NCBI GenBank assembly: GCA_038496445.1
Contig: JALMLS010000138.1
Span: forward strand, 248,001-312,000
Length of the DNA stretch: 64,000 nucleotides
Reading direction: 5' to 3'
Origin: Trichosphaerium sp. ATCC 40318
Taxonomy: Eukaryota; Protista; Tubulinea
The notes beneath the pieces were generated by a model that worked only from the letters and a program-made list of their open reading frames with translations, made no database searches and had not been told where the DNA came from. Shown piece by piece: positions 13,106-25,070 of this stretch (position 1 is the stretch's first letter; each line of letters starts with the position of its first letter). The translations under genes were made by a program, and so were the position numbers.

Positions 13106-14437
13106 ATGGCTGAGCAAAAGGAATACGTTACGAAGATAAAGGATATCACCGGTAACCAGAGTGTCAATGAACAAGCCAAGACATTTTTAAGGGCATTCGT
13201 TGGCGAGTTTCAGGGAAAGTACGCAGTATATTGTATTACATGTTGTTTCTTAGTGACTTGTAAGGTTTGAAGTGATTTTGGACTTGGCTGAAGAGTTCAA
13301 GAAGTTTGTTCCGGTACCATTGTGTACGTTTCGCTTTATATTACTCACCATAGTCGTCATAGGAAGACCAAAAAGGAAGCAAGATCCAAGGTACGATAAA
13401 CAGAAAAAAACTTCTCAAAGCCTTTTTATTTCCTTCTTGACGCCGTTAACGCCTTTGTAGAGCTTCCTGAGTTTGATGCACATCGTTTCTTGGAGGTTAG
13501 GCGTTTAAGTATTTACTGTTGGTTCTAAATATATTTCAGACACGTGGTGAGACCAAAACTGTCAAACAAATGCGTGAAGGTGAGAAAAAAAAAAAGCGTT
13601 ACTTTTGGTTGTTAACTCGTTTCTTTAGCTCTATACGAGATAGACTTGGATAAAAACACTAAAGTAGCGTTTATTGGTACGTCAAGAGAAGAAAATAAAA
13701 TAAACCGTTTGATCGCACGTGCGTTTAACCGTTATTTAGAGTACCTCATGTTCAAGTTTAGCAAAACCTTGAAGGATTTGTTCACTGGTTCGTTCACTGC
13801 GTTTTTTCATCTATCTTAACCTGTTAGCAAAACCTAATGCCGCTCTATTGGCTAAGCTTGAGAAAGCTATTGATCAATACTTGGCTGTATTCGAAGAGAA
13901 GAAACAACGTGCAGAGAAAATGGCTGAGCTAGAACGTGTAAGAAACGTTAATGTTTAAGCGAAGACTGACACTCAAGTAGAAAGCCAACGCTGGTGATAA
14001 CAAAGCTAGAGCGGAGCTCAGACGTCTGCAAATGGTAATTTTTAGTATGTACATACTTTTGTTCTAACTTACAACAGCACGATCCAGCCAAAGACGCACA
14101 GAATGAAATGTACGCACTTAGCAGTTTTTACTTTAGTTAATTTTATTTTAGGCAAGCTCTTCAAGCGAAACTTGCTGCTAAACGCGCTCTCAAGAACCCA
14201 GGAGATGCAGACGCTGAGGTACCAGTATATAGAGTATCTTAATAACTAATAGTGTACAACAAAAGGCTTTCAAAGAGGAACAAAAGCGTGTCGCTGAAGA
14301 AAAAAGGAAAAAAGAACAAGAGGAGAAGAAAAAAGCTGAAGATAGTCGCGCAAGACTCAAGGTAACCAAAAACAGAAAAACATTATTTATTTATGTACTA
14401 ATTTCGGTTTTAGGCACGTGCTGCACTATGGAGCTAA
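13106..14437 (+). CDS. EF-hand calcium-regulated actin-bundling-like protein (related to Dictyostelium ABP34)
   Basis: About 12 short exons: NEQAKTFLRAFVGEF...EIDLDKNTKVAFIEYLMFKF (EF-hand)...coiled-coil ending SRARLKARAALWS; resembles ABP34 QQAVHFLNAY / VDVNFDGRVSFLEYLLYQY from memory. Confidence 0.7.
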
Positions 14438-15293
14438 ACTTAATCGTGAAATCATGGAAAATAAGCCAGAAATTAGTGTACCACGGTCAGTAATAAAACA
14501 ACGCTCATTTTTCTTCATTACTCTTTTGTGTTTGTACTATACTTGTGAAATTTCAAACATTTTTAAGCTCTGCCTCCACTTGTACAAGACGCCTCGGTTT
14601 ACAAAGTGTTCTTTCAAGATTCATGAGGAATAAAACGTGGAAGTTATTCATTCAGAGAACTAGCTTTGATTATTCAAAGTAGTTCTTTCCAAAATCAAAT
14701 GCCACTGAGCAAATAATGGAGTTCGCACAAGAAGCAGTAGAGAAGCGACTATTTCAAGAAACTAACAATAACAATTTCGCTTGTTGTACTGTTAATTTTG
14801 AAAAAACGTGTTCACAAAAAAAAATTTATTTTGGCAATTCTCTTGTACATAGTCGCGTACAACATCTGCACGCTTATAAAGATTGCTCCGGTAAAGAAAC
14901 AATTGATTCAATTGTCACAAAGCTATCTTCCCACTATGTGAATCTCGCGCCCCAATGTTTACGAAGCAGAGTTTATTTAGTATGGGGAGTACATTTACGA
15001 TGGTTTAGAACCTTCTAAAGCAACACGTGGACCTTTTGTCAATGTCTAGAATAGAGTCGTACCAATTGAGATAGTTTTACCCTCAGGGCCCCGAAAATGC
15101 TTACACGCACCTGTGGACGTTGTTGTGGCGCAGTAGATGGCGGTAAAACGATAACACGTGGGAATCACATATTACTGGATTGGCCTTCTGTGTCCATAAT
15201 ATCTACTTGCCCGCACGTGTAGCAACTCGCCTTGTACCCAAGCTAAGTTTTACAATAGTAGGACAACTTGTACTTGAAACAGACGTAATAACT

Positions 15294-16337
15294 ATGCTTT
15301 CTACCTCAAAAAGTTGTGTAATTGACCGCAATACTTGTACAATATTTCAGCTACCGCCAGAGATATTAGCGCACATCTTGCGTCATATAACAAAATCACG
15401 CTTTGCTGCTTGTCAAACCTGTCGTTTACTTGCTTCTATTGTTCATGATATTATTGGATACCATGCTATTATGATTAGAACGTTAGCTCAAGCAAAATCA
15501 GCAGTAAAACATATTGGTATCCTGAAACACACGAAAATCACCCTTGGATCAGTCTTTACTGGTGTTCTTAATATGAAACTCACAGGCACTTCAATAGCCG
15601 ATGAAGGGATCAAAGCACTTGCTGGAGTCCGTACTGTTTACCTGAATTACACCGAAGTAACTGACGAAGGTGTTAAAGCACTTGCTGGCGTTCATACTAT
15701 TCACCTATGTAAGACTAAAGTAACTGATGAAGGGGTTAAAGCGCTTGCCGGAGTTCATACTATTAGCCTCAATTACACCAATGTAACAGATGAAGGTGTC
15801 AAGGCACTTGCTGGTGCTCATGCTATTTACCTTACTCACACTTCAGTAACTGACGAAGGAGTTAAAGCACTTAGAGGAGCTCATACTGTCAGTCTCAGTT
15901 TCTGTTCAATAACAGATGAAGGTGTCAAGGCACTTGCTGGTGCTCATGCTATTTACCTTACTCACACTTCAGTAACCGATGAAGGAGTTAAAGCACTTAA
16001 AGGAGCTCATACTATTCACCTTAGCTATACTGCTGTAAGTGATGAAGGTGTTAAAGCGCTTGCTGGAGTCCACAATATTGACCTTAGCTATACTTCAGTA
16101 GCTGACGAAGGGGTTAAAGCACTTGCTGGTGTTCATACTATTTTCCTCTGCAATACTTTTATTACTGATAAAGGAGTCAAAGCACTTGCTGGTGTTCATA
16201 CTATTTACCTTGATAGCACTTCAGTAACTGATGAGGGCATAATAGCACTGAAGGGCGCATACCATATTGGCGCTAGTCATACCCAAGTTACTCATGAAGG
16301 GAAAAGAGCTTTAAAGGGCACTTCAGTGATTGTTTAA
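15294..16337 (+). CDS. Intronless F-box + leucine-rich repeat protein (12 x 21-aa LRRs)
   Basis: F-box IFQLPPEILAHILRHI...CQTCRLL followed by tandem VHTIxLxxTxVTDEGVKALAG units (63 bp); first ATG at 15294. Confidence 0.92.
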   Translation: MLSTSKSCVIDRNTCTIFQLPPEILAHILRHITKSRFAACQTCRLLASIVHDIIGYHAIMIRTLAQAKSAVKHIGILKHTKITLGSVFTGVLNMKLTGTSIADEGIKALAGVRTVYLNYTEVTDEGVKALAGVHTIHLCKTKVTDEGVKALAGVHTISLNYTNVTDEGVKALAGAHAIYLTHTSVTDEGVKALRGAHTVSLSFCSITDEGVKALAGAHAIYLTHTSVTDEGVKALKGAHTIHLSYTAVSDEGVKALAGVHNIDLSYTSVADEGVKALAGVHTIFLCNTFITDKGVKALAGVHTIYLDSTSVTDEGIIALKGAYHIGASHTQVTHEGKRALKGTSVIV

Positions 16338-17232
16338 GAGCAGTACATTTACAAAAATAAAGCTATCTTTCTAACCAGTCAAGTTTATTAGACAAATTTA
16401 TTCTTCACATGAATGTACAACTTTAACCGGAAATGCTGTCAAGTGCCCATATTATTTACGTCTTTGTCGGACAGGCTAAGCAATACCAATAATTTAATGT
16501 TGCTAACTAAAATTGAATGGAAATTTGTGTTGATGGTTGTTTTATAACACAAGTGACAAAGCATGCTGCTTATGTTGTAAGCAGGAGTCTGTTTTGACTC
16601 CCTTAATGGATACCATAACCTGGAATTATATTCTCACAATGCCAGTTACACATGCAACCACCAACACAAACATCTCGAAAAAACTGTATTCTTGATGGCA
16701 AAACAATAGTTACTAGTGATAGTAATTAGCCTCTTGGAAGCTTGAGATTTTGAAGGCGTAATTGTAGGCTCAACAGTAGATGCAGCATTTTGTATTGCGG
16801 TTAGCCTGGTTGTTTTTGTCCCATAACTACAACACAAGTCATGTTGTGGTGTTGTAATTTCGTACTGAGCATTGTTTCATTGAACAGAGAAAAAGGGAAA
16901 AGAACGTTAGCATCTTTGATGTTTTTTTTGTTGTTTAGATGGACACTTTTTATGAGCAACTGTAGGAGTAAGCAAGACTGGTTTGGAGGAAGAAAAACAT
17001 CTCAGTGGCTCTATTTGTGCTTGCCAGTATCGGGAAATCTAAGTTGTGAGGTTGGTCAGCAAGTTCCTCAAACGCCTGGAATTCGTGAGAATATACATAA
17101 AAAAAGCCGAAGAAAAGAACACTCATGAAAGTACTAACGTAAACCTACTGCCATTTAAAAAGCAACTATGGTCAAAGAAAGTACGACATAATAGTTGATT
17201 CAAACAAAAAAACCAAACTATTCGCACGTGAC

Positions 17233-18358
17233 ATGACAATTTGTACAGCTTGGATTTTAGTAGCGTTAGTACTCCCTATCATCGCAGAGCCTCTACAAAT
17301 GCATTTCTTTTCAGATGAATTAGTGACACCAGGAGGAATGGCTGCTACATCGTACAAATAACAGCGTAACCGTCACGCTCATATACTTACTGTTTGTAAA
17401 GATACACTTGGCCTGCAAACGAAACCGGATATGACAACATCAATTACCTCGTTAACGTACAGCACGACCCTGGGAAAGATTCTGGTACGCACAAAAGATA
17501 CCAGCATACCGCCTCGTACTAATAACGTTAAACTTAGCTTATTTTTGGGCTAGTCAGTTTTGGTGCGTTGGAGACGCCTCTTAGCGCCTTTTTTGCGTGC
17601 TTAAAGTAAACTCGTGAGGTTATTTAGGATGCTAAATGGAAACGGCGGTTATATGGGTATCCAAACTCAAGGGAGCATGAACGGCAAAGATGTGCGCCAA
17701 AATCTGTTTTCGACTTTAATCACGTGCTAATAAATGTTATGTTTAGATTGGGAAAATGGCTTTGTTTTCTATTTGGGACTCTTTGGATGCTACTTCAGGA
17801 CAAGGAAGTGAATGTCAAAAATTTGGAGGCGAAGGTGTAGGTTGGAGTTGCAGAAGAAAACTCGAATGGTATGAAACATAAATCTCTTTTTATGTTCCTT
17901 CTTTATTCTCTTAGGGTTGTAAACACAACGTACACCTTGTACATTAAACAAAACGGACCTTCAAAATGGTTGGGAGGTGTACTTGATAGCCAAGGTAACC
18001 ATAGCCTCAGTTTGTGATATTACTGATTCTTGAAGGTAACGACATGGTTCTTGGTACTATCACTGTACCTTCATCTTGGGGAAGACTAAAAACGACAACG
18101 AATGTATTTACAGAGTACTTTTTATCTATCTCTAGCTGCGACGCAGTACCTTTAGCACATGTGATGTTTCCTAAGCCAAGCGCCAATGGTACTTCCAATT
18201 GAAAAAAAAAAACCACAACTTTTCTTATTGTCTTTGCTTCAGAAGGTACAGTGCATCCAATCAATGCCTCTCCTCATCCATACGGAAACTGTGCATCATA
18301 TGCTAAGGCTTATTGTTCTTCAAATTTGGTTTGTCAGCATGTAACAGGCACACAATAA
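17233..18358 (+). CDS. Secreted DUF3472-family protein
   Basis: Signal peptide MTICTAWILVALVLPIIA; spliced motifs YFWASQFW, GGYMGIQT, ALFSIWD, CQKFGGEGVGWSC, FTEYF, typical of DUF3472 as recalled. Confidence 0.7.
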
Positions 18359-18654
18359 ACGATATAATGGAGTATTCCACCTTCATGTGGATTTTGGTTT
18401 CTTCTTTTGTTGCATTTAAAGTACATAGCAATGACCCATCCTCACTAAATCACGCGTAAAATAACAGTGATATAATGCAACTGGTTTAGTTAAGACAATC
18501 CAACTTCATCAGTACTAGACACTTACGTTAGCACGAAGAGGAATGATCCGTTCCACTATGTCAATTTGTTTAAACAGATTTCAGTGAAATGTCAACTTAA
18601 GATACAAACGTACAAGCTAAAAGGTAACAAACGCAACCTCCCACATCAATTACA

Positions 18655-19647
18655 ATGAACCAGTGTAATATTATCGTCCTCGGACCTATAGGAGTTGGAA
18701 AATCAGTAACTACAATACAATTCGTTCAAGGGGTATTCTTAGACGATTACGACCCAACTATAGAAGATTCGTAAGCACTAAGCGTTTTTTAACGTTAAAA
18801 TGTTAGAAAAGAGTTTAAACGACACCAATCGCTCACTCACGCATTAAGATATCGTAAACAGGCCAATATAGATGATGAAACGGTACTACTTGATATTCTT
18901 GATTCAGCGGGACAAGAGGAGTTTGCTAGAATGCGTGATGCGGTAAATAACGCTGTTTATTACTATAAACAGTACAATAACCAGTTTTTAGTATATTTGG
19001 CAAGGTCAAGGCTTTATTTTAATGTACAGCACTACAGATCGACTTTCGTTTGAAGAGATGCCAACATATTTTGAGACTGTATACAGGTAAACGAAAAGAG
19101 GTCATAAAAAAAGGTGTTTTGAAAAAATCAACGAAGCGTAGGTGTCAGACACTGTGTCAGACACTGTAGTTCAATGTCAGCCTACTAGAAATATTAGAGG
19201 TCTACCAACAACAAAAAAATCAGTGTTTAGACTCAACCTAATTATGTTATAACTTGCTAACTTGCAACTTCATTTGAAACTTTTTTCTTAATTTATTCCA
19301 GTTTCTTATCAATGTAAAAAAATACTATCATAGTTGTTCGTTGAGTTTTACATCTGCTATGCTTGATAAGCTTGTTTTGTGCTAAATCTTTGTATTACAG
19401 GGTCAAAGATGTAGACAGATTTCCTATTTGTCTAGTTGGCAACAAAGTTGACTTAGAAGAAGATAGACAAGTAACAACAGATGAAGGAAAGGAACTTGCA
19501 AAAAAGCATGAATGCGTATTTTTTGAGTCATCTGCAAAAACACGTGTCAATGTAGATGAACTTTTTTATGAAACTGTAAGAGAAATACGTAAATATATTA
19601 ACAAACATACCACAAAAAGAAAGCAGCGTGGCTGTATTGTAATGTAA
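18655..19647 (+). CDS. Ras-family small GTPase with Ile at position 12
   Basis: [17 protein letters not shown], effector loop [39 protein letters not shown]; 3 introns. Confidence 0.95.
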
Positions 19648-19875
19648 TGATAAAAAACCTAATTTAGAAGTTGACTGCACGTGTTACATAAATTGAATCG
19701 GCAAAGAGGAAATTTCCAAAGCTGTACCTTGTGCTGTACTTTATTTTGATTTATGTAGCGCAAGCGCTCGAATAAAGTAAAACATGGTCAAATAAATCAA
19801 ACAATTGTTTCTGTAAAACATTGACAACATCTCGACATCACTTCAAACCTTAGCAGGAAAAAAACTGAAAAAAAA

Positions 19876-20347
19876 ATGGTTAGCGCCCGCTTTAATTGGA
19901 CTGGTTTGTTTTAAATTCGCTTCCACAGGCGTCTATGTATCATTTTGTATCTGGAAAGAAAGGAACGAAGTTCTTTGAAGGTGAAGAATATGTACCTCCT
20001 GGCGTACGCTGATTTTAATCAATTCATACTTACCGTTGAGTATAGAAGATGAGAGTGAGCTGCCTGTTCTTTCGTGAGGCACGAAAGGTACTCGGTACAG
20101 ATGAATTAATAATAGAAGTGCCCATCAAGGTACATACTGAGGTAAATAGCAAGTGTAAGGCTGATAACCTATGCTTTAGACAACAAACGTTGAATTTAAA
20201 CAAATATTATCTGAACGTTACCCAAAACTTTCTACAATACTTGAAACAGGCATTGTAGCTGTAGGGAACGGTTTAAACAGATTCTTGACTACAATCAAAC
20301 CAGGTGATGTTGTAGGTCTTATGGAGAATACACAAATGAGAGATTAA
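19876..20347 (+). CDS. MoaD/ThiS (MOCS2A-like) ubiquitin-fold protein lacking C-terminal Gly-Gly
   Basis: Spliced: ...KMRVSCLFFREARKVLGTDELIIEVPIK|TTNVEFKQILSERYPKLSTILETGIVAVGNGLNRFLTTIKPGDVVGLMENTQMRD*; MoaD pattern (LFF..AR...G, YP.L, VAV, GD.V). Confidence 0.65.
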
Positions 20348-20956
20348 ACAATGTCACGTGTCACAATTTAAAAATTAATGCTTTCTTTCCTTTACTAAGA
20401 TTTACATCACCATCAATGCCATTAGCGTGAACAACACTTGTTCACAACTTTTTAGACACCAAAATCAAACAAAAAGCAAAAAAAGCAATAAACTACAATA
20501 GTATGATAATGTTCGTTATCACTTTATAGTGCCACATTGTGGTAAAGTTATAAAAATACGCAAAATTTCTGCCCTACCTGTGTGAAATAACTAGTAGTAA
20601 TGTATTGGGGTTAAGTCACGTTGCTGATAGCATTACTGCCATTGAAAAGTTTGGTTTGTTTTGTGGGTAACATCCTAGGATATGCCTACAATAGTATAGT
20701 CTCATAAATGACCGTAACTTCCTGCATACTAGCTAAGTCACCTTTTCTTTATTTTATCTGTTAGAATAACCGTTGTGCCAGCTAGACAATAACTACGCGA
20801 TTGTTTGGGAGGAAGACAACGTATAAGTGGCTATCAATAGCGCACTGATGTTAGGTATATTTGTACATTAAAACACTACGGTTGAGTTTGAGTTCAGCCT
20901 CGGTCCCACGAATTCAAACGCCTGAATGCCAGACATATTCATCCATAATAGTAGTA

Positions 20957-21472
20957 CTTACATACACTTTAGTTTCCTTAACAGTTTTACCCTTCTCTAG
21001 TACCATTGAGTGCTTTGATACCTTCTTTTAGTTATTGAAGTGCGATAAAGAGAAATAATATGAGTATTTTAACACCTTCATCAGTTACTTTGGTGCTACT
21101 GAGGTCAATAGTATGGGAGCCAGTAAGTGCTATAACGCCTTCATCAGTTGCTTCAGAAATATCAAGCAATAGTATGAACTCCTGCAAACTGCTTGACAAT
21201 GTTGTTATAGACATACAATCCAAGGCAGATTCTTAGTGTATTTCAGAACACCAACAGGTTTACAGCAGAGTTAACGTGTTAATCATAATAGCATGGTATC
21301 CAATAATGTCATGAACAATAGAAGCGAGTAAACGACGTGTTTGACAAGCCGCAAAGCGTGATTTTGTTGTTTGACGCAAGATGTGGGCTAATATCTCTGG
21401 CGTAGGTGTAGCAAACTTTTGCCCGTACTGTTAAGTGAGTTTTCTACACTTGACTTACGTGTCTAAACTCAT
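20957..21472 (-). pseudogene. F-box/LRR pseudogene, paralogue of 15294-16337
   Basis: F-box region nearly identical at DNA level (ccagagatattagc...gataccatgctattatgatta); about 3 LRR remnants with frameshifts and deletions. Confidence 0.85.
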
Positions 21473-21588
21473 AATTTACATTGACTCAACCACCTTTGAT
21501 AATGGAAAGATTGAACTATCAAGTTCTCCAAGACCTGCAATCACTTACTATCCTAAAGTGTAATTAATGTTAATAAAAAACTGCTTAC
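21435..21588 (+). repeat. Internally deleted duplicate: 22151-22188 fused directly to 23059-23172
   Basis: Direct sequence match to both segments, junction at ...aactcataa|tttacattg (about 21474). Confidence 0.85.
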
Positions 21589-22297
21589 AAAATAAATACT
21601 AAGTTACGATGTTACAAAGGATTTAAACTGTAAGGTTATCTTTGAAGCTATTGAAAGAGTGTCACACTCTCAGGGTCATAGACATACGCTAAGCACCATT
21701 TACTTGAACTGGTGACAACATGCGATACACCTACGCCGATACACATCCCGTTTAGAAGCGCACTAGACCATTAATAGTTAAATTAAGAAACACGTTTCAG
21801 ATTTTGAAGAAGGAGTTTTGAGAATAGAGAACAAAGATTATGTCTTCAATAGTATAATTCGTTGTGCAGTGCCCGCTGCCAAGGAATATGTAGGCAGTTT
21901 GAGTCTGAAAAGTCGCTGTGTAACGGAGATCCAGACGGGGGTTTTTTTGGAACAAGAGGTAGAGCTACCACAACGATAATATCCTAAGGCAGAAGTGAAG
22001 ATCCACGATTTACGGCACATACGCCCAAGTCGACACATCCAAATAAGGTATCTAAATCAGAAACTACTTTTGAATATGTTGGAAAGAGCCGCTGTGCTGC
22101 AATTGTATACATTGCAGTTCAGCAGTGCTTCGTAAACTTTTGGGAAATCAGTGAGTCTTCTACACTTGACTTACGTCTAAACTCATAAGGTTTTACAGAT
22201 AACAAGCACGTGCGCACATAGTAGGTCACTAATTAACTATCTTAACCTTGTATCTTCCTAATGGCTTGTAGAATACATATCAGCTACGAAAATAACA

Positions 22298-23147
22298 ATG
22301 AACACACTACTGGCGGCGTTATGCATAGCTCTACTTTGCTTTTGCTCAAATACGGATGGTAATTGCGATAATTTATCTTTCTACAAAGGAACAGATTGGT
22401 ACGTTGCCCGTTTCAGTCAGGTTTGTCAAAATTGACCGAAACCTGCTATTTCGCCTTTTATGACACCAAAAGGAAAAACATGAACTTCTTTTATTCAAGG
22501 AAAAACTAAGGTTCAACAGGTATGCGGGAACCCTACGTGCTCAGTACTACATACAAGAATCATGTTCATCGTTCAAGATTAAGAATACTATCTACCCTTG
22601 TACGCCAATTCAACCCTGGGTTGAGTGTACCAAAGATAGCGACTGTAACGGCACTGCAAGGTGTCCTGGTGGTAGCATTCCACAGGTTTGCTCCACTTGC
22701 TCATCAATTCCAAGAAACACGTATTATGACAACTTTACAGTGATTGTCAATGAAACTGAGAAGATGTTGAGTGGTAACCCATGGATTACGGACTCTTTCT
22801 ATAACCACACCGGAGTTGATTTGATAAATACATATGAATCATGGTCTTGGAATGTTAAGGGAACAGCACTGCGAAATACCTTTTCCTCAATCAAGGTGCG
22901 TATCAAAACTTCATGTGATTAACAACAAAACAACATGACTAACTATTGCGTGTACCTGTAGAGGACAACATGGGGTGATGAGTATGATGGAACGTATTAC
23001 ACTGCATCTACGAGTATTTATTCGGAGTTCAATGATACCCATATTCAATCTCAAGCCGTTTACATTGATTCAACCACCTTTGATAATGGAAAGATTGAAC
23101 TATCAAGTTCTCCTGGACCTGTAATCACTTACTATCCTAAAGCATGA
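22298..23147 (+). CDS. Secreted Cys-rich protein of unknown family (3 exons, roughly 220 aa)
   Basis: Signal peptide MNTLLAALCIALLCFCS; open spliced frame WFNRYAGTLRAQYYIQESCSS...PWVECTKDSDCNGTARCPGG...ITYYPKA*. Confidence 0.75.
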
Positions 23148-23754
23148 TTAACAATTAATAAAAACTGCTTACACTTCAATGTCGCACCAAAATTAAGTAA
23201 CTACCAAGTTCGCTGATACTCCGTAAAGTTAACACACCTTCAACTTACTATGTCTTCAAAATATTTTAGGTACTGCTTGATCACAGCATCACAAAATCCT
23301 TGGATCGTCATATACAACACATAGCACAACTAGTGAAAACAGTATGAAACATTTGGCCTATTGTTTGATGGTGTCACAGGTGCTAGCAGGCGAAGATAAC
23401 TTATCGCAGTTGTGATTGTCTACTTATACGGCAGATTCAACGGGCAGGTAGTTTCTTACTTTATTGTGCAGTAATGACTGTCACTAAAGAAACGTCCATG
23501 AGCAATGTTGAAGCATACAGTATCCTTTGTTCATACATTGTTTTAATAGAGAAGTTCCGGTAAAACACTATGTCCTCATTATTGAAACACAGTTGTGGCT
23601 TATTAACCAGCCACCGTTTTCTATTTTATTCTGTTTAGCATAAAACAACGCAACATTGTTACGGTCGCAATATCTCGCCGATATCACGTGCACAGGGCAC
23701 GCGCGGAAATGTCACTTTTTTCTCAAGTCAATAAAAAACAACCTCTTGAACAAG

Positions 23755-24619
23755 ATGAAGCTACTCTTTGCCTTGTCGTTCTACTGCTGTATTGGCGTAA
23801 CATTATCATGTATATGCTTCCCTACCACCGAAGAACAGCAATACTGCCGTTATAATACTGTTCTAAGAGTAAAGGTTTCTCATGAAGTACTCAACCCTAT
23901 AAACCAAAGAAGATCCTACCTGGCAACTGTCATCGAGAACTTCAAGTCACCAGAACCTTTGAGTTCTGTAATTACAGTAACATCATTGTACGGACTTTGT
24001 CTGAAGTGCTAGTAATAATCTTGTCCTGCATAGCGAAGAAGGAGGTATCTGTGGGTTCGTCTTTAACGATAACAAGGTACAGCGAAGGCTTTTTACATGT
24101 TGCCCCTTATAAGTAGTTGGAGTTAGTGTAATTGACAAGCTTGCAACACTTCAAAATAGACTGACTTACTGCACAAAGTGCTTTTTGTTCTCACTACAGC
24201 TGAGATATTTTCACGCTTTCCACAATCTTAATCGTTTTTTTGCTAACATTTTTTTTTAGGAGTACCTTATTCCAGGAACCCTTATAGCTACCAATGAAGT
24301 CTTTGTAGTTTCTTGTGGCATGAAAAACTTTTGTAATGTACCTAAAAACGTGGACTGCAACAACCCAAAGACTGTTCCAACACCTTGTGATTGGTGTTCC
24401 GATACCTCTCCACCTGCGACTTGCGTTGGCGATTCCATGTGCTTCACGTGCCATAGATCACTAGACTTATGTACAGGAGAGTGTGGGTTCACACAATGTT
24501 GTGACGATGTTCCATGGCCGGAAGGTGTTAGACCATGTACTGAAGGATGTGTTAATCGTGGTTGTACTCCTGAAAAATGCCAACCTAAATTTCCAATACC
24601 ATTCCGAACTCAACAATAA
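23755..24619 (+). CDS. TIMP/NTR-domain secreted protein with Cys-rich C-terminal extension
   Basis: Signal peptide then C-I-C-F-P...EQQYC...VLRVKV...Y...VIENFK...GICG...EYLIPG...VVSC, the N-TIMP layout; 2 introns. Confidence 0.75.
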
Positions 24620-25070
24620 TGTGTTAGAGTAAATTGTTGTTTAACCCTAAAATGCTACATTGTTCATTATATTTCATCAATCGTACAAGGTGTAAGGAGG
24701 AAAATTGGCGTTGACTAAGTCAACCTGTGTAAAATGCTGGGTTAATAAATATTGCGTTCTAAGTGACAACTTACCTGTTACAAACGTGGCGCTTATTCTT
24801 GAAAAACATGTGGGAAGATCTGTAGCGGTGACCTTCTGCTCTGTGGTGTTTTTGTTTTGTATTTATGTAACAAAGAATGTCAATTTTAGCAATCTGAATA
24901 CAAAATAATGTTATACAGGAATCCTCGGAAAGGGCAAAACAACTTGAGTAGTCAATATTGGGTTGAAACAAAGACTGAGGTGATAGAAAATACGCTTTTT
25001 TATTCTTTGGTTAACTTGACTTTCACAAGCACTGTCGTGGTCATAAGCAGTAGTGAGTTTCAAGTCCTTC

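Noticed and set aside
19142-19167. gtgtcagacact tandem duplication in the Ras intron
   Set aside because: Two copies of 12 bp; ordinary slippage.
21760-22186. Minus-strand exon-like region sharing a first exon with the F-box relic
   Set aside because: No stop-free spliced frame found; probable relic of unknown identity.
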